Part shown: piece after piece, positions 18,992 to 30,907 of the stretch
How positions within the stretch are numbered: the first letter of the stretch is position 1
How the letters are laid out: the number at the start of each line of letters is the position of its first letter
Source of the DNA: Dehalococcoidia bacterium
Lineage (GTDB): Bacteria > Chloroflexota > Dehalococcoidia > Bin125
Direction of reading: 5' to 3'
NCBI GenBank assembly: GCA_965261715.1
Contig: OZ253471.1
Span: 1,162,861 to 1,226,860, forward strand
Length of the DNA: 64,000 nucleotides
Made by a program: the position numbers and the translations under genes
Notes under the pieces: model-generated
The model's input: the letters and a program-made list of their open reading frames with translations, nothing else
The model's database searches: none
Told to the model about the DNA's origin: nothing

Positions 18992-19969
18992 TCAGGCCCA
19001 ACCATGCTGCTGGTACCACGCCATGGTTTCCCGCATCCCGTCTTCCAGCGACGTGGCCGCTCGCCAGCCGGTGTCTCGAGTCAGCGACGAGGAATCGCAG
19101 ATCCACGCCGGCTGTCGCATTTCCACGACCCGCGTGCGGTCCAGCATGGGTTCAGACCGAGTCAGCATCGCCCACGCCTCCGAGCCACGGGCGAAGCCGT
19201 GAAACACGCTTGGCGCCAGCGTCGGAATCCACAGCCGCTTGCCGGCGATGATCTCCAACGTCGAGAGGAGGTCGTTCCAGGTGAACGGACCTTCGTCGCT
19301 GGACGCGTGATATCGAGCAAGTTCTTGCGCAGGCGCGTCCAGAATCGCTCTGATTGCCTGTGCCAGGTCTGGGCCATAGATCGCATCGACCAGATTGGCC
19401 CCGTCACCCAAGCGGGCTGAAATCCGGCGCCGGGCCAGCCAGAAGAACATCTGCAGGCCGGTGTCACCTGGTCCGTAGACCATGGGCGGACGCACGATGG
19501 CGATCTGCATCTGACCTAGCTGCTTGAGCACTTCGTCTTCGCCGGCGGCCTTCGAGCGACCATACGCCGATACCGGATGCAGCCTCGTTTCCGGCGGTTC
19601 GGGCGTAGCGCTCGGAGCTGGACCCTGAGCCGCAATTGAGGAGAAGTAGATGAATCGCTCCACACCGGCTTTCGATGCCGCCTCTGCCAGATTTCCGCTG
19701 CCCTCTTGGTTCGCATGCATGAAGTCGCCCTGACGGACCGCCCGCAGCACGGCCGCGGCGTGAACCACGGCATCCATACCTTCGCAAGCCGCCGGTAAGG
19801 TGTCCGCCTGACGCAGGTCGCCCACGACCCGCTCAAAGTCGACGTCCTTGACCAACGAGGTATCGCTCTTCGGCCGCACCAGCAGCCGCAACTCGTGGCC
19901 CGCCTGAGCCAGCGCGCGGGCCACATGTCCGCCGATAAATCCGCTGCCACCAGTCAACAGTACGCGCAC
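18992..19969 (-). CDS. NAD-dependent epimerase/dehydratase (extended SDR)
   Basis: TGGSGFIG, SSIAA, YGRSK, RPPMVYGPGD. Confidence 0.9.
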   Translation of the reverse strand: MRVLLTGGSGFIGGHVARALAQAGHELRLLVRPKSDTSLVKDVDFERVVGDLRQADTLPAACEGMDAVVHAAAVLRAVRQGDFMHANQEGSGNLAEAASKAGVERFIYFSSIAAQGPAPSATPEPPETRLHPVSAYGRSKAAGEDEVLKQLGQMQIAIVRPPMVYGPGDTGLQMFFWLARRRISARLGDGANLVDAIYGPDLAQAIRAILDAPAQELARYHASSDEGPFTWNDLLSTLEIIAGKRLWIPTLAPSVFHGFARGSEAWAMLTRSEPMLDRTRVVEMRQPAWICDSSSLTRDTGWRAATSLEDGMRETMAWYQQHGWA

Positions 19970-19975
19970 GATCGG

Positions 19976-21262
19976 TCAGTCAATCACGCCATTACGACGC
20001 CCGGCCTCGGCAAAGATCTGTAACGCTTGCTCGAGTTGTTCGTCGGTATGCGTCGCGATGTAGGACGTGCGCAAAATCGCCTGTCCGCGAGGAACGGCCG
20101 GCGCAATCACCGCATTGGTATAGACGCCGTGGTTGAGCAGGTCGCGCCAGAACAGAGCGGTACGGACTTCGTCCCCGACCCGAATCGGAATGATCGGTGT
20201 GGCTGAGTTGGCCACGTCGAATCCCAGGTCGGACAATCCCTGGCGCATTCGCGCGCCAAGCTCTTGAACCCGTTGGACCCGCCAGGTCTCTTCATCGATC
20301 AGTCGCAGCGCCGCAAGCGCCGCTGCCGCTGAGGCAGGAGGCAGCGACGCAGTGAACAACATTGGACGCGAAAAGTGCCGTATGTACTCGAGCACGTTCC
20401 GCGGTCCGGCGCAGAATCCGCCGACCGAGGCCAACGTCTTGCTGAACGTGCCGATCGTCAGATCGTCCGGCTCTTCCAGACCGAAATGCGTTCGTGTACC
20501 GCGTCCGGTTGGCCCGACGGTGCCGATCGCATGAGCGTCGTCGACCAACATCCGCGTCTGGTGCTTTCGGCAGACCTCCCGCAGCTCGGGCAAAGGAGCG
20601 AGATCGCCGCCCATGGAGTACGCGCCGTCAATCAACACCAACCGCGCCTGATCGGAAGGCAGGTTCGAGAGCACGCGGTCCAGATGCACGGGGTCGTTAT
20701 GTTGAAATCGGGTGTACTTGCCGAGGGCGAGTCCGGCTGCGTCGTAGATCGAGGCATGCACATCGCGATCGAGGACCGACACGCCGTGGCGATCCACCAT
20801 CGAGGAAACGGCGCCCAGATTGGCCAGGTATCCAGTCGAGAAGACAATCGCCGTCTCCGCACCCAGGAAGTCGGCCAGCGCCTCCTCAAGTTCGAGGTGA
20901 ATCGGGCTCGTGCCATTGAGCAGGCGCGACCCCGTCATCGAGGGTCCGTAGCGGTCCAGTGCTGCGTGCGCAGCCTCAAGCACCTTGGGATGTCGCGTGA
21001 GTCCCAAGTAGTTGTTGGAACCCAACATGATGACGCGCTTGCCGTCGACGATGGCTTCCGGCCCGTCATTCACTTCAATCGGCTGAAAGAATGGGTACAG
21101 GCCGACGGCGCGCGCTTGGTCGGCCAGTTGGAAGTGCGAGATACGTTCGAAGATGTCGGGCGAGCCGACCTCGCGTTGGTGCCCGTCCATCTCTTCCATG
21201 TCCAGGCCGGCGGCCTCCGCTAACTCGTTCAGCGACGGCGTATCGGACTGCGTCTGCGGCAT
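19976..21262 (-). CDS. PLP-dependent alpha-oxoamine synthase, serine palmitoyltransferase-like
   Basis: GLYPFF, GSNNYLGL, GSRLLNGT, HASIYD, DDAH, GTFSK (PLP Lys). Family is certain; SPT versus BioF/Kbl is inferred. Confidence 0.8.
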   Translation of the reverse strand: MPQTQSDTPSLNELAEAAGLDMEEMDGHQREVGSPDIFERISHFQLADQARAVGLYPFFQPIEVNDGPEAIVDGKRVIMLGSNNYLGLTRHPKVLEAAHAALDRYGPSMTGSRLLNGTSPIHLELEEALADFLGAETAIVFSTGYLANLGAVSSMVDRHGVSVLDRDVHASIYDAAGLALGKYTRFQHNDPVHLDRVLSNLPSDQARLVLIDGAYSMGGDLAPLPELREVCRKHQTRMLVDDAHAIGTVGPTGRGTRTHFGLEEPDDLTIGTFSKTLASVGGFCAGPRNVLEYIRHFSRPMLFTASLPPASAAAALAALRLIDEETWRVQRVQELGARMRQGLSDLGFDVANSATPIIPIRVGDEVRTALFWRDLLNHGVYTNAVIAPAVPRGQAILRTSYIATHTDEQLEQALQIFAEAGRRNGVID

Positions 21263-21412
21263 CGCGCGGCACTCCCTTCACGCCGGTCCTTCGCCCATCG
21301 CGAAGCGCATCATCCTGCGTGTTTCCCGCGAGTGTACGCGACCTGAACTGTCAGCCTCATGCTCCCACGATGCACTCCTCGGCTAGAGTGAATCTGTCGG
21401 TGCTTCTGCGGC

Positions 21413-22249
21413 GTGGCCACGACCGTCATGAGAATAAACCTCAAATCGGCCGCAGCGTCCGCTGCCGCCGCGTTTCTTCTGCTCCTCGTCTTCAGTCTCA
21501 CCTGGCCGGGACACGGCTTCTGGCTGCTTGCCGTTGGCATCTTGACCGGGCTGATTGCCGCCTACCTCTGGTGGCGCGACCGATTCTTGCTCGAACGAGA
21601 TCCCTACGCGCCGACTGATTCGTCGCCGTTTACCAACGTGGGCGCGTATGGCCTCGCCGGTTCCCAGATCGAGTTGTCTGGCCAACCGGTGGCTGGAGTA
21701 CCGCTCGCCGGCCTGTTGGCTCCGGTATCCGCGCTCGCAATCCTGCTGTTCGTGGGTGGAGCAATCGGCTCTGTCGAAGCGACACCTCAGGAGTCATCGA
21801 CCGCCCTCGACCAGAATGTCTCGGTTATCGACCGCAGCCGTGACGGCGAACCGGCGACCCCACAAGTAGATCCGCCATCCGCGACTCAAATCCAACAGAC
21901 GTCAACGACCGCTACGTCAGTGGCGTCACCGCAGAACTCGACCGCCAGTCCGCAGGCCTCGACTGAGTCCCAGCAGTCGTCCGCGCCCGTCAAGCCGATC
22001 GTCGTGGCTGCACCCCAGGCCGCCTCGCCGGCTGACGATGCATCCGAGGAAGTTGACCTGACCCCCCAGGCGGCGAACACCTTCGAGTACATCGTCGAGG
22101 AGGGCGACACGCTCTACGACATCGCCGAGCGCTACGACTCCACCGTTGACGCGCTCATGAATCTCAATCAGCTCGACAGCTTCAGCTTCATTCACCCCGG
22201 CGATGTGCTGCTGATTCCGCTCAGTGATGGCGAGGCTGAAGAGTCCTAG
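21413..22249 (+). CDS. Membrane protein with C-terminal LysM domain
   Basis: Three hydrophobic segments, S/T/Q/P linker, YIVEEGDTLYDIA...IHPGDVLLIP. Confidence 0.85.
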   Translation: MATTVMRINLKSAAASAAAAFLLLLVFSLTWPGHGFWLLAVGILTGLIAAYLWWRDRFLLERDPYAPTDSSPFTNVGAYGLAGSQIELSGQPVAGVPLAGLLAPVSALAILLFVGGAIGSVEATPQESSTALDQNVSVIDRSRDGEPATPQVDPPSATQIQQTSTTATSVASPQNSTASPQASTESQQSSAPVKPIVVAAPQAASPADDASEEVDLTPQAANTFEYIVEEGDTLYDIAERYDSTVDALMNLNQLDSFSFIHPGDVLLIPLSDGEAEES

Positions 22250-22498
22250 GAATGCTCTGAACGACTCCGATCCCCTCTCCCCCCCTTGCGGGGGGAGATG
22301 TCACGGAGTGACAGAGGGGGGGTCCGCCGCCAGCGACCAGATAGGCCTTGAGCTGGGGAGCCCCTCCTCTGCCTTCGGCATCTCCCCCGCAAGGGGGGCG
22401 AAGGGGACTTATTCACAGGTCTCCTCTACGGGGGAAGCTGCCGAAGGCTGAAGGGGGGTCCCCACTCAGCCTTCGACACCAGTTGTTCAGAGGATTCC
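22249..22498. mobile_element. TA-flanked MITE-like element with nested second element
   Basis: TA|GGAATGCTCTGAACGACT...AGTTGTTCAGAGGATTCC|TA; both ends coincide with stop codons of the convergent flanking genes. Confidence 0.85.
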
Positions 22499-23388
22499 TA
22501 CCGGTGCAGCTGTACGTCAACCAGCCGAGCGGATCGCGCCTGCTCGTCGGCGTGATAGGAACTTCGCACCATCGGGCCCGACTCGACGTGTCGGAAGCCG
22601 AGCGCCAGCGCCTCCTCCTTGATCGATTCAAACTCGTCCGGCGGCACGTAGCGAGCGACGGGCAAGTGTTTGGCCGACGGACGCAGGTACTGACCGACCG
22701 TGAGCAAGTCAACATCGGCGGCACGGAGATCTTCGAGCAACTCTGTGACCTCGTCACGCTCCTCGCCCAGCCCGAGCATGAATCCCGTCTTGGTTGGGAT
22801 GTGCGGAGTCCAGTCTGCTGCGCGTTTCAGCAGTTCCAGCGACCGCTCGTAGCGCGCCTGAAATCGCACCAGCGGATAGAGCCGACGGACCGTTTCGACG
22901 TTGTGATTCAGCACCGTCGGGCGCGCCGACAACACCGTTGCCAGCGCATCCCAGTTGCCTTCAAAGTCGGGAATCAGTACCTCGACCTCAGTCTCCGGCC
23001 GTTTGCGACGAATGAGCTGAATGCACGACGCGAAAATCTGTGCGCCGCCATCGGGAGCGTCATCGCGGTTGACCGACGTGATCACCACGTAGGCCAGATT
23101 GAGCCGCTCCACCGCTTCAGCCAGACGACGCGGCTCGGTCCAGTCAATCGGCGATGGGCGGCCTGATGTGACGGCGCAGAAGCCGCAGGCTCGCGTGCAG
23201 GTATCGCCAAGAATCATGAAGGTGGCCGTGCCACGGTTGAAGCACTCGCCGATATTCGGGCAGCGCGCCTCCTGGCAGACCGTGTTCAGCGTCTCTTCGC
23301 GCAGAAGCTGGACGATCTCGCCGTAGCGTGTTCCTCCGGGAAACTGGGCCCGAATCCAGCGCGGTTTTCGCTCTCGCAAGCTGGTCAT
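22498..23388 (-). CDS. lipA: Lipoyl synthase
   Basis: CQEARCPNIGEC, CTRACGFC, RSSY. Confidence 0.97.
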   Translation of the reverse strand: MTSLRERKPRWIRAQFPGGTRYGEIVQLLREETLNTVCQEARCPNIGECFNRGTATFMILGDTCTRACGFCAVTSGRPSPIDWTEPRRLAEAVERLNLAYVVITSVNRDDAPDGGAQIFASCIQLIRRKRPETEVEVLIPDFEGNWDALATVLSARPTVLNHNVETVRRLYPLVRFQARYERSLELLKRAADWTPHIPTKTGFMLGLGEERDEVTELLEDLRAADVDLLTVGQYLRPSAKHLPVARYVPPDEFESIKEEALALGFRHVESGPMVRSSYHADEQARSARLVDVQLHR

Positions 23389-24095
23389 TCGGAAACCCTC
23401 AACCCTCGGACCGGCGACAATCGCAGCCCGAACTCCTCGCCGAAGCAGCGCTCGAGCTCTGCTGCGGCATCGGCGACGCCAATGCGTCTCCCCGTTTCAT
23501 TAGACAGTGAAGTTGCGCTGCTGTCCGCGATCCCACAGGCGCGGATGCCGTCGAACCACATGAGATCGACATCGCAGTTCAGCGCCAGCCCGTGGCGGCT
23601 CACTCCCGACTGCACACGCACGCCAACGCTGGCAAGTTTGCGATTGCCGATCCAGACTCCCGGACGGCCTCGAACGCGTCCGGCCTCGACGCCAAAGGCA
23701 CGCGCAGTCTGAATGGCCGTTTCTTCGAGGCCACGGATGTAGCGGGCAATGCCGATACCACGCTCTCGCAAGCGCAGGATCGGCCAGACCACCAACTGAC
23801 CGGGACCATGAAACGTCACATCCCCGCCCCGATCGGTATCGATGATCGGCGCATCCAACTCCTGCAACACATGCTCTCGACCCCCACGTCGCCCTTGCGT
23901 GTAGACAGCCATGTGCTCGAGCAGAACGACGATTTCCGGCTGTGAACCGTCAACGACTTCCCTCGCCATTCGCGTCTGCCAGGTCGCAGCCCCTGCATAT
24001 GGGGCCGTGTCGAGGCGCGCAGATTGAACGATTTGCGAGCGCTCAAGGCCGCGTTCCTCATGTCGGTGCGAGACTTCCGCTGCCGATATTGACAT
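23385..24095 (-). CDS. lipB: Lipoyl(octanoyl) transferase
   Basis: EH..VYTQG, DRGGDVTFHGPGQLV, KLASVG, HGLALN, ACG. Confidence 0.94.
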   Translation of the reverse strand: MSISAAEVSHRHEERGLERSQIVQSARLDTAPYAGAATWQTRMAREVVDGSQPEIVVLLEHMAVYTQGRRGGREHVLQELDAPIIDTDRGGDVTFHGPGQLVVWPILRLRERGIGIARYIRGLEETAIQTARAFGVEAGRVRGRPGVWIGNRKLASVGVRVQSGVSRHGLALNCDVDLMWFDGIRACGIADSSATSLSNETGRRIGVADAAAELERCFGEEFGLRLSPVRGLRVSE

Positions 24096-24189
24096 ACCGT
24101 TCCCGACACCGCTTCCGTTTCTTTAACTCTATCTATCGGCTCGTCCCATTACGGGGAGGGAAGGTCTGGTTGAGTAGACTGGCGTAACG

Positions 24190-26886
24190 ATGACTACTTC
24201 TGAATCCCCGTGGCAATCGGCGCTTGATCGTGTTCCTGATGCCCCAGGGGCCGACGATTGGTTGGAAACCAACGACTGGATCGACTCGCTGAGAGATGTC
24301 GCGCGTCGGCGCGGACCCGAGCGAGTCTCCCGCTTGCTGCAGACCTTGCAAATCGAAGCTCAGCGCTCCGGCATCAGACTGCCGGTCACCTCGCAGACTC
24401 CCTACGTCAACTCGATTCCGATCGAGAAGCAGCCGCCCTATCCCGGCGACCTCAATATCGAGCGGCGAATCAAGTCGATCATTCGCTGGAACGCCATGGC
24501 GATGGTCGTCGAGGCGAATCAGAACAACCACGGCATCGGCGGTCATATCTCGACCTATGCGTCGGCCGCCACACTCTACGAAGTCGGATTCAACCACTTC
24601 TTCCGAGGCCAGGACCATCCCTCCGGCGGCGACCTGATTTACTTCCAGGGCCATTCCGCGCCCGGCATTTATGCGCGCGGTTATGTCGAGGGTCGTCTCT
24701 CACCGGAGCAGCTACATAAGTTCCGCCGAGAGCTGTCCGGTGGTCTGCCGTCCTATCCACACCCGTGGCTGATGGACCAGTACTGGCAGTTCCCCACGGT
24801 GTCGATGGGCCTCGGACCGCTGCAGGCCATCTACCAGGCCCGCTTCATCCGCTATCTCGAGAGCCGAGACCTGTTGCCGCGGACCGACCGCAAGGTGTGG
24901 TGCTTCCTCGGTGACGGCGAGACCGACGAGCCGGAGTCGCTTGGCTCGATCGCGCTCGCATCCCGGGAAGAGCTCGACAACCTCGTTTTCGTTGTCAACT
25001 GCAACCTCCAGCGCCTCGACGGACCGGTCCGGGGCAATGGTCAGATCATCCAGGAACTTGAGGCCGTCTTCCGAGGTGTCGGTTGGAACGTGATCAAGGT
25101 TGTCTGGGGTTCGGAGTGGGATCAGCTGCTCGCTCGTGACGAGCACGGTCTGCTAATCCAACGTATGGGCGAAGTCGTCGACGGCGAATATCAGAAATAC
25201 ACGGTGGCCGGCGGCAGCTACATCCGCAAGCATTTCTGGGGCGTCGATCCCCGGTTGCTGCAGATGGTCGACGATGTCTCAGACGACGAGCTCTGGCGCA
25301 TGCGACTCGGTGGTCACGATCCGCTCAAGGTCCACGCCGCCTACGCCGCCGCCAGCAACCATCGCGGCGCGCCAACCGTGATCCTCGCTCGAACGATCAA
25401 GGGCTACGGCCTCGGCGAGGCGGGCGAGGGCCGCAACATTACTCACCAACAGAAAGAGCTCAACGAACGCGAGCTGATGCAGTTCCGCGATCGTTTCGCG
25501 ATCCCGTTGTCGGACGACGAGGTCGTCGGCGCGCCGCTCTACCGTCCCTCGCGAGACAGTCGCGAGGCGACCTACATCTCCACGCGCAAGGCGGCGCTCG
25601 GTGGCCATGTGCCCGAGCGCCGATCGCCCAAATCGCACCTCACCTCACCGCCCGATGAGACGTTCGCCGAGTTCCACGAAGGCACCGGCGAGCGTGAAGC
25701 GTCGACGACCATGGGATTCGTGCGCATGCTCAGCCGGCTGATGCGCGACCGCGAACTCGGGAAACACATCGTCCCCATCGTCCCCGACGAGTCGCGCACC
25801 TTCGGCATGGAAGGCATGTTCCGCGAATTCGGCATCTACGCCTCCACCGGCCAGTTGTACGAGCCGGTCGACTCCGATCGCCTCCTCTACTACAAGGAAA
25901 CTCGCGACGGTCAGATTCTGGAAGAAGGCATCACGGAGGCCGGAGCGATGTCGTCGTTCATCGCCGGCGGCATGGCTTACTCATCGCTCAAGGTGCCGAT
26001 GATCCCGTTCTTCATTTTCTATTCGATGTTCGGGCTGCAACGGATTGGCGACCTGGCCTACGCAGCCGGCGATGCCCGGACGCGCGGCTTCTTGATTGGG
26101 GCCACAGCCGGCCGGACCACGCTCAACGGCGAGGGTCTCCAGCACCAGGATGGCCACAGCCACATCTTGGCCTCGGCCATCCCTAATCTCATCGCCTACG
26201 ACCCCGCCTACGCCTACGAGATTGCCGTGATCGTGCAAGAAGGCATCCGCCGCATGCACGACGAAGACGAGAGCATCTTCTACTACGTCACCGTCGAGAA
26301 CGAATCCTACGTACAGCCGCCGATGCCCGAGTCGGAGATCGTCCGCGAGGGCATCCTGCGCGGCATCTATTCGCTGTCACCCTGCGAGGCGCCACAGGTG
26401 CGTCTGTTCGGCAGCGGGCCAATCCTCAACGAAGTACGCCGCGCGCAGCAAATCCTGCAGGATGACTACGATGTCCGCGCAGACGTCTGGTCGGTGACCT
26501 CGTACACCGAGCTGCGGCGCGAAGCGTTGCAGAGTGATCGCTGGAACCGGCTGCATCCGTTTGAAGAGCCCCGTGAATCGTGGCTCGAAACTTCGCTCGG
26601 ATCATGCGATGCGCCGATTGTCGCGGCGACCGACTACATGGCTTCGCTTCCCGATCTGGTCTCTCGCTGGCTTCCCGGCTCGCTGACAGCCCTCGGGACT
26701 GATGGGTTCGGTCGCTCAGACACCCGCGAATCTCTGCGCGACTTCTTCGAGGTCGACGCGAATCACGTCGCCTGGTCTGCCTTGAGCGCGCTCAGCCGCC
26801 GTGATGAGATCGATGGCGACCTCCTGCTCAAAGCCCGCGATCAACTCGGTATCGACCCGACGCGACCTGATCCTATGTTGCGATAG
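24190..26886 (+). CDS. aceE: Pyruvate dehydrogenase E1, homodimeric type
   Basis: IRWNA, GGHIS, FPTVSMGLG, GDGETDEPES, GEGLQHQDG, GTDGFGRSD. Confidence 0.97.
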   Translation: MTTSESPWQSALDRVPDAPGADDWLETNDWIDSLRDVARRRGPERVSRLLQTLQIEAQRSGIRLPVTSQTPYVNSIPIEKQPPYPGDLNIERRIKSIIRWNAMAMVVEANQNNHGIGGHISTYASAATLYEVGFNHFFRGQDHPSGGDLIYFQGHSAPGIYARGYVEGRLSPEQLHKFRRELSGGLPSYPHPWLMDQYWQFPTVSMGLGPLQAIYQARFIRYLESRDLLPRTDRKVWCFLGDGETDEPESLGSIALASREELDNLVFVVNCNLQRLDGPVRGNGQIIQELEAVFRGVGWNVIKVVWGSEWDQLLARDEHGLLIQRMGEVVDGEYQKYTVAGGSYIRKHFWGVDPRLLQMVDDVSDDELWRMRLGGHDPLKVHAAYAAASNHRGAPTVILARTIKGYGLGEAGEGRNITHQQKELNERELMQFRDRFAIPLSDDEVVGAPLYRPSRDSREATYISTRKAALGGHVPERRSPKSHLTSPPDETFAEFHEGTGEREASTTMGFVRMLSRLMRDRELGKHIVPIVPDESRTFGMEGMFREFGIYASTGQLYEPVDSDRLLYYKETRDGQILEEGITEAGAMSSFIAGGMAYSSLKVPMIPFFIFYSMFGLQRIGDLAYAAGDARTRGFLIGATAGRTTLNGEGLQHQDGHSHILASAIPNLIAYDPAYAYEIAVIVQEGIRRMHDEDESIFYYVTVENESYVQPPMPESEIVREGILRGIYSLSPCEAPQVRLFGSGPILNEVRRAQQILQDDYDVRADVWSVTSYTELRREALQSDRWNRLHPFEEPRESWLETSLGSCDAPIVAATDYMASLPDLVSRWLPGSLTALGTDGFGRSDTRESLRDFFEVDANHVAWSALSALSRRDEIDGDLLLKARDQLGIDPTRPDPMLR

Positions 26887-26894
26887 GAAATCAG

Positions 26895-28292
26895 ATGACT
26901 ACCACCGCATCCAATGCCGGCCTTGCTCTCCTGCCCGACCTGGGTGAAGACATCGAAGAGGCAGATGTCATCCAGATTTACGTCGGCGTTGGCGAACTGA
27001 TTGCCCTGGAGCAAGCGATCATCGAGATCGAGACGGAAAAGGCCACGATCGACCTGCCCTCGTCGGTTGCCGGCAACGTTACCGAGATCCACGTCCGAGC
27101 CGGAGACACCATCCGGCCGGGAGACCCGGTGCTGAGCGTCGATCTCAACGCGGGTTCAGGATCGAATTCGGCATCGAACGCAGCAGCGGTCGCACCCGCC
27201 ACGCCAACCCCAAACCGTGCAGCGCCGGCTCAACTGACTCCCGCTACAGAGGCTGACTCGGGCCAGATGATGCCGCTGTCTCCGGATCCTCCGCTGCCAT
27301 CCGCCGAGGAAGATCATCCGGCGCCAATCCTGCACGTCCCAGCCGCCGCTCCGTCGCCACTCCTTGAGAGCGATCTCGAATCTCGACCCGTCTTTGCCTC
27401 GCCATCGGTGCGGCGCTTTGCCCGCGAAATCGGCGTCGACATCCGCAGCGTCAGGGGTAGCGGACCGGGAGGCCGGATCGATCAGGGTGACATCAAACGT
27501 CACTCCCGAGAAACGCCGATTCAGACGCCAAGCCTGGGCCACACGGCCCTCTCGCCCGGCGCCTTGCCCGACTTCTCCGAGTTCGGCGCCGTCGAACGGG
27601 TCCCGATGAGTCGGCTCCGGCGCACGATCAAGAGGAACATGGCGGTCTCCTGGCACGAGGTCCCCCACGTCACGCTGTTCCACACCGCCGACGTCACCGA
27701 ACTCGAGCAGGTCCGCCGCGACTATCGAGGCCGAGCCGAACAGGCCGGCGGTCGCCTGACCATCACGGCCATCCTGCTCAAAATCACCGCTGCGGCGCTC
27801 AAGGCGCATCCGCACGTCAATAGCTCCCTCGACGCCGAGAACAATGAACTCGTGCTCAAGCGTTATGTCCATCTTGGCGTCGCGGTCGACACGCCACGTG
27901 GACTCGTTGTGCCGGTCATTCGAGACGTCGACGAAAAGAACATCATCCAGATCTCCGTCGAGTTGACCGACATCTCCGAACGAGCGCGCTCAGGCGATCT
28001 TGGGCTGCAAGACTTCCGCGGCAGCAGTTTCACCGTGACCAATCTCGGTGGCATGGGCACCGGCCACTTCACGCCGATCATCCATCATCCCAATACAGCC
28101 ATCCTTGGCCTCGGACGAGCCGAACGCCGGCCGATCTGGTCCGATGCGCTCGACAACTGGGAACCGCGCAGCATCCTTCCGCTTTCCTTCACGTTCGACC
28201 ACCGAGCCATGGACGGCGCCGACGGCGCGCGCTTCATGACCTGGATCGCCGACGTGATCCGCCAGCCGCTCGTGCTGGCGTTGGGGAGCTGA
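26895..28292 (+). CDS. aceF: Dihydrolipoamide acetyltransferase E2
   Basis: Single lipoyl domain (ETEKA), E3-binding domain ASPSVRRFARE, catalytic DHRAMDG. Confidence 0.93.
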   Translation: MTTTASNAGLALLPDLGEDIEEADVIQIYVGVGELIALEQAIIEIETEKATIDLPSSVAGNVTEIHVRAGDTIRPGDPVLSVDLNAGSGSNSASNAAAVAPATPTPNRAAPAQLTPATEADSGQMMPLSPDPPLPSAEEDHPAPILHVPAAAPSPLLESDLESRPVFASPSVRRFAREIGVDIRSVRGSGPGGRIDQGDIKRHSRETPIQTPSLGHTALSPGALPDFSEFGAVERVPMSRLRRTIKRNMAVSWHEVPHVTLFHTADVTELEQVRRDYRGRAEQAGGRLTITAILLKITAAALKAHPHVNSSLDAENNELVLKRYVHLGVAVDTPRGLVVPVIRDVDEKNIIQISVELTDISERARSGDLGLQDFRGSSFTVTNLGGMGTGHFTPIIHHPNTAILGLGRAERRPIWSDALDNWEPRSILPLSFTFDHRAMDGADGARFMTWIADVIRQPLVLALGS

Positions 28293-28295
28293 GGC

Positions 28296-29717
<1,422 letters not shown>

Positions 29718-29727
29718 GGCGACAACG

Positions 29728-30600
29728 ATGCTGATCCACTTGGGCGGACAAACGCTCGACGCCACTGATCGTTGCCACGTCATGGGCATCCTCAACGTGG
29801 CGACCGATTCTCCCGTCATCGATTCCATCGTCGACGTGGGAGACGCCCCACGCCGAGCCGAAGCGCTGCGCGTCGCCGGAGCCTCGATCATCGACGTTGG
29901 CGCTCAGTCGACCCGAACGGGAGCAGCGAAAGTTTCGGCCGACGAGGAGATCGCCAGAGTCGCGCCGGTCGTTGAAGCATTGGTGGCCGAGGGTCACCTG
30001 GTCTCCGTCGACACCTGGACCGCGCCAGTCGCTCGCGCGGCCGTCGACGCCGGCGCTCATTTGATCAACGACATTAGCGGCGCCGACCCCGAGACCGTAG
30101 CCGTGGCCGTCAACACGAAGACGCCAATCGCCGTGATGCACATGCGCGGCCGGCCACAGCGACACCGTGATGTTGAACACGCATACGAGGATGTCGCGAC
30201 TGAAGTGCGGACGTACCTGGACCAGCGAGCAACCGAGATCGAGGAAGCCGGTGCGCCGGATGTCTGGATCGATCCCGGCTTCCAATTTGGTCGCGGCCTG
30301 GAAGATAATCTGCGTCTCCTGCTCGATCTGCCCAATCTTTCCTTGCTCGGTCATCCAGTACTGATCTCAGCGTCGCGCAAGGGTTTCCTGGCGGAACTGC
30401 TCGGTCATGGCGAGCTACGCTCACATGACGCCCAGGGACGCCCGGGCATGCTCGAGGCGACCGTTGCGTTCAATGTGCTCGCCGCCTGGCTGGGAGCGCA
30501 TGTCGTCCGCGTCCACGACGTGCAGGAGGTGGCCTGGGCCCTCCGCGTTTCGACTGCCGCGCGTGCAATTCAGCGCGTCGCGTCGCGACCACCGACTTAG
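29728..30600 (+). CDS. folP: Dihydropteroate synthase
   Basis: MGILNV, DVGAQSTR, SVDT, INDISG, IDPG, SRK, VRVHDV. Confidence 0.9.
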   Translation: MLIHLGGQTLDATDRCHVMGILNVATDSPVIDSIVDVGDAPRRAEALRVAGASIIDVGAQSTRTGAAKVSADEEIARVAPVVEALVAEGHLVSVDTWTAPVARAAVDAGAHLINDISGADPETVAVAVNTKTPIAVMHMRGRPQRHRDVEHAYEDVATEVRTYLDQRATEIEEAGAPDVWIDPGFQFGRGLEDNLRLLLDLPNLSLLGHPVLISASRKGFLAELLGHGELRSHDAQGRPGMLEATVAFNVLAAWLGAHVVRVHDVQEVAWALRVSTAARAIQRVASRPPT

Positions 30601-30659
30601 CGATAAACTCGCTGCAATAGGCAAGTGCCACAGATTCGTATTTGCAGGAGACCTCCGAT

Positions 30660-30860
30660 ATGCCCGTCTACACCTATCGCTGCGAACAGTGCAGCGACAA
30701 CTTCGAGCGAATTCAGCCGATGTCTCGCGCCTCGGAGCCGCAACCGTGCCCTACGTGCGAGAGCGACTCCGGGCGGGTGATCGCCGCTATCTTCGAGAAC
30801 AACTCGAGCAAGAACCGATCCGCCAACTTCCCCAAGCGCAAGCGCTACACCAACTGGTAG
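30660..30860 (+). CDS. FmdB-family zinc-ribbon protein
   Basis: MPVYTYRCEQC...FE...CPTC; GGAG RBS. Confidence 0.85.
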   Translation: MPVYTYRCEQCSDNFERIQPMSRASEPQPCPTCESDSGRVIAAIFENNSSKNRSANFPKRKRYTNW

Positions 30861-30907
30861 CCAATCCCGGCTGATCAACCAGCGCTGTCAGCCGACCGGA
30901 GACTCGC

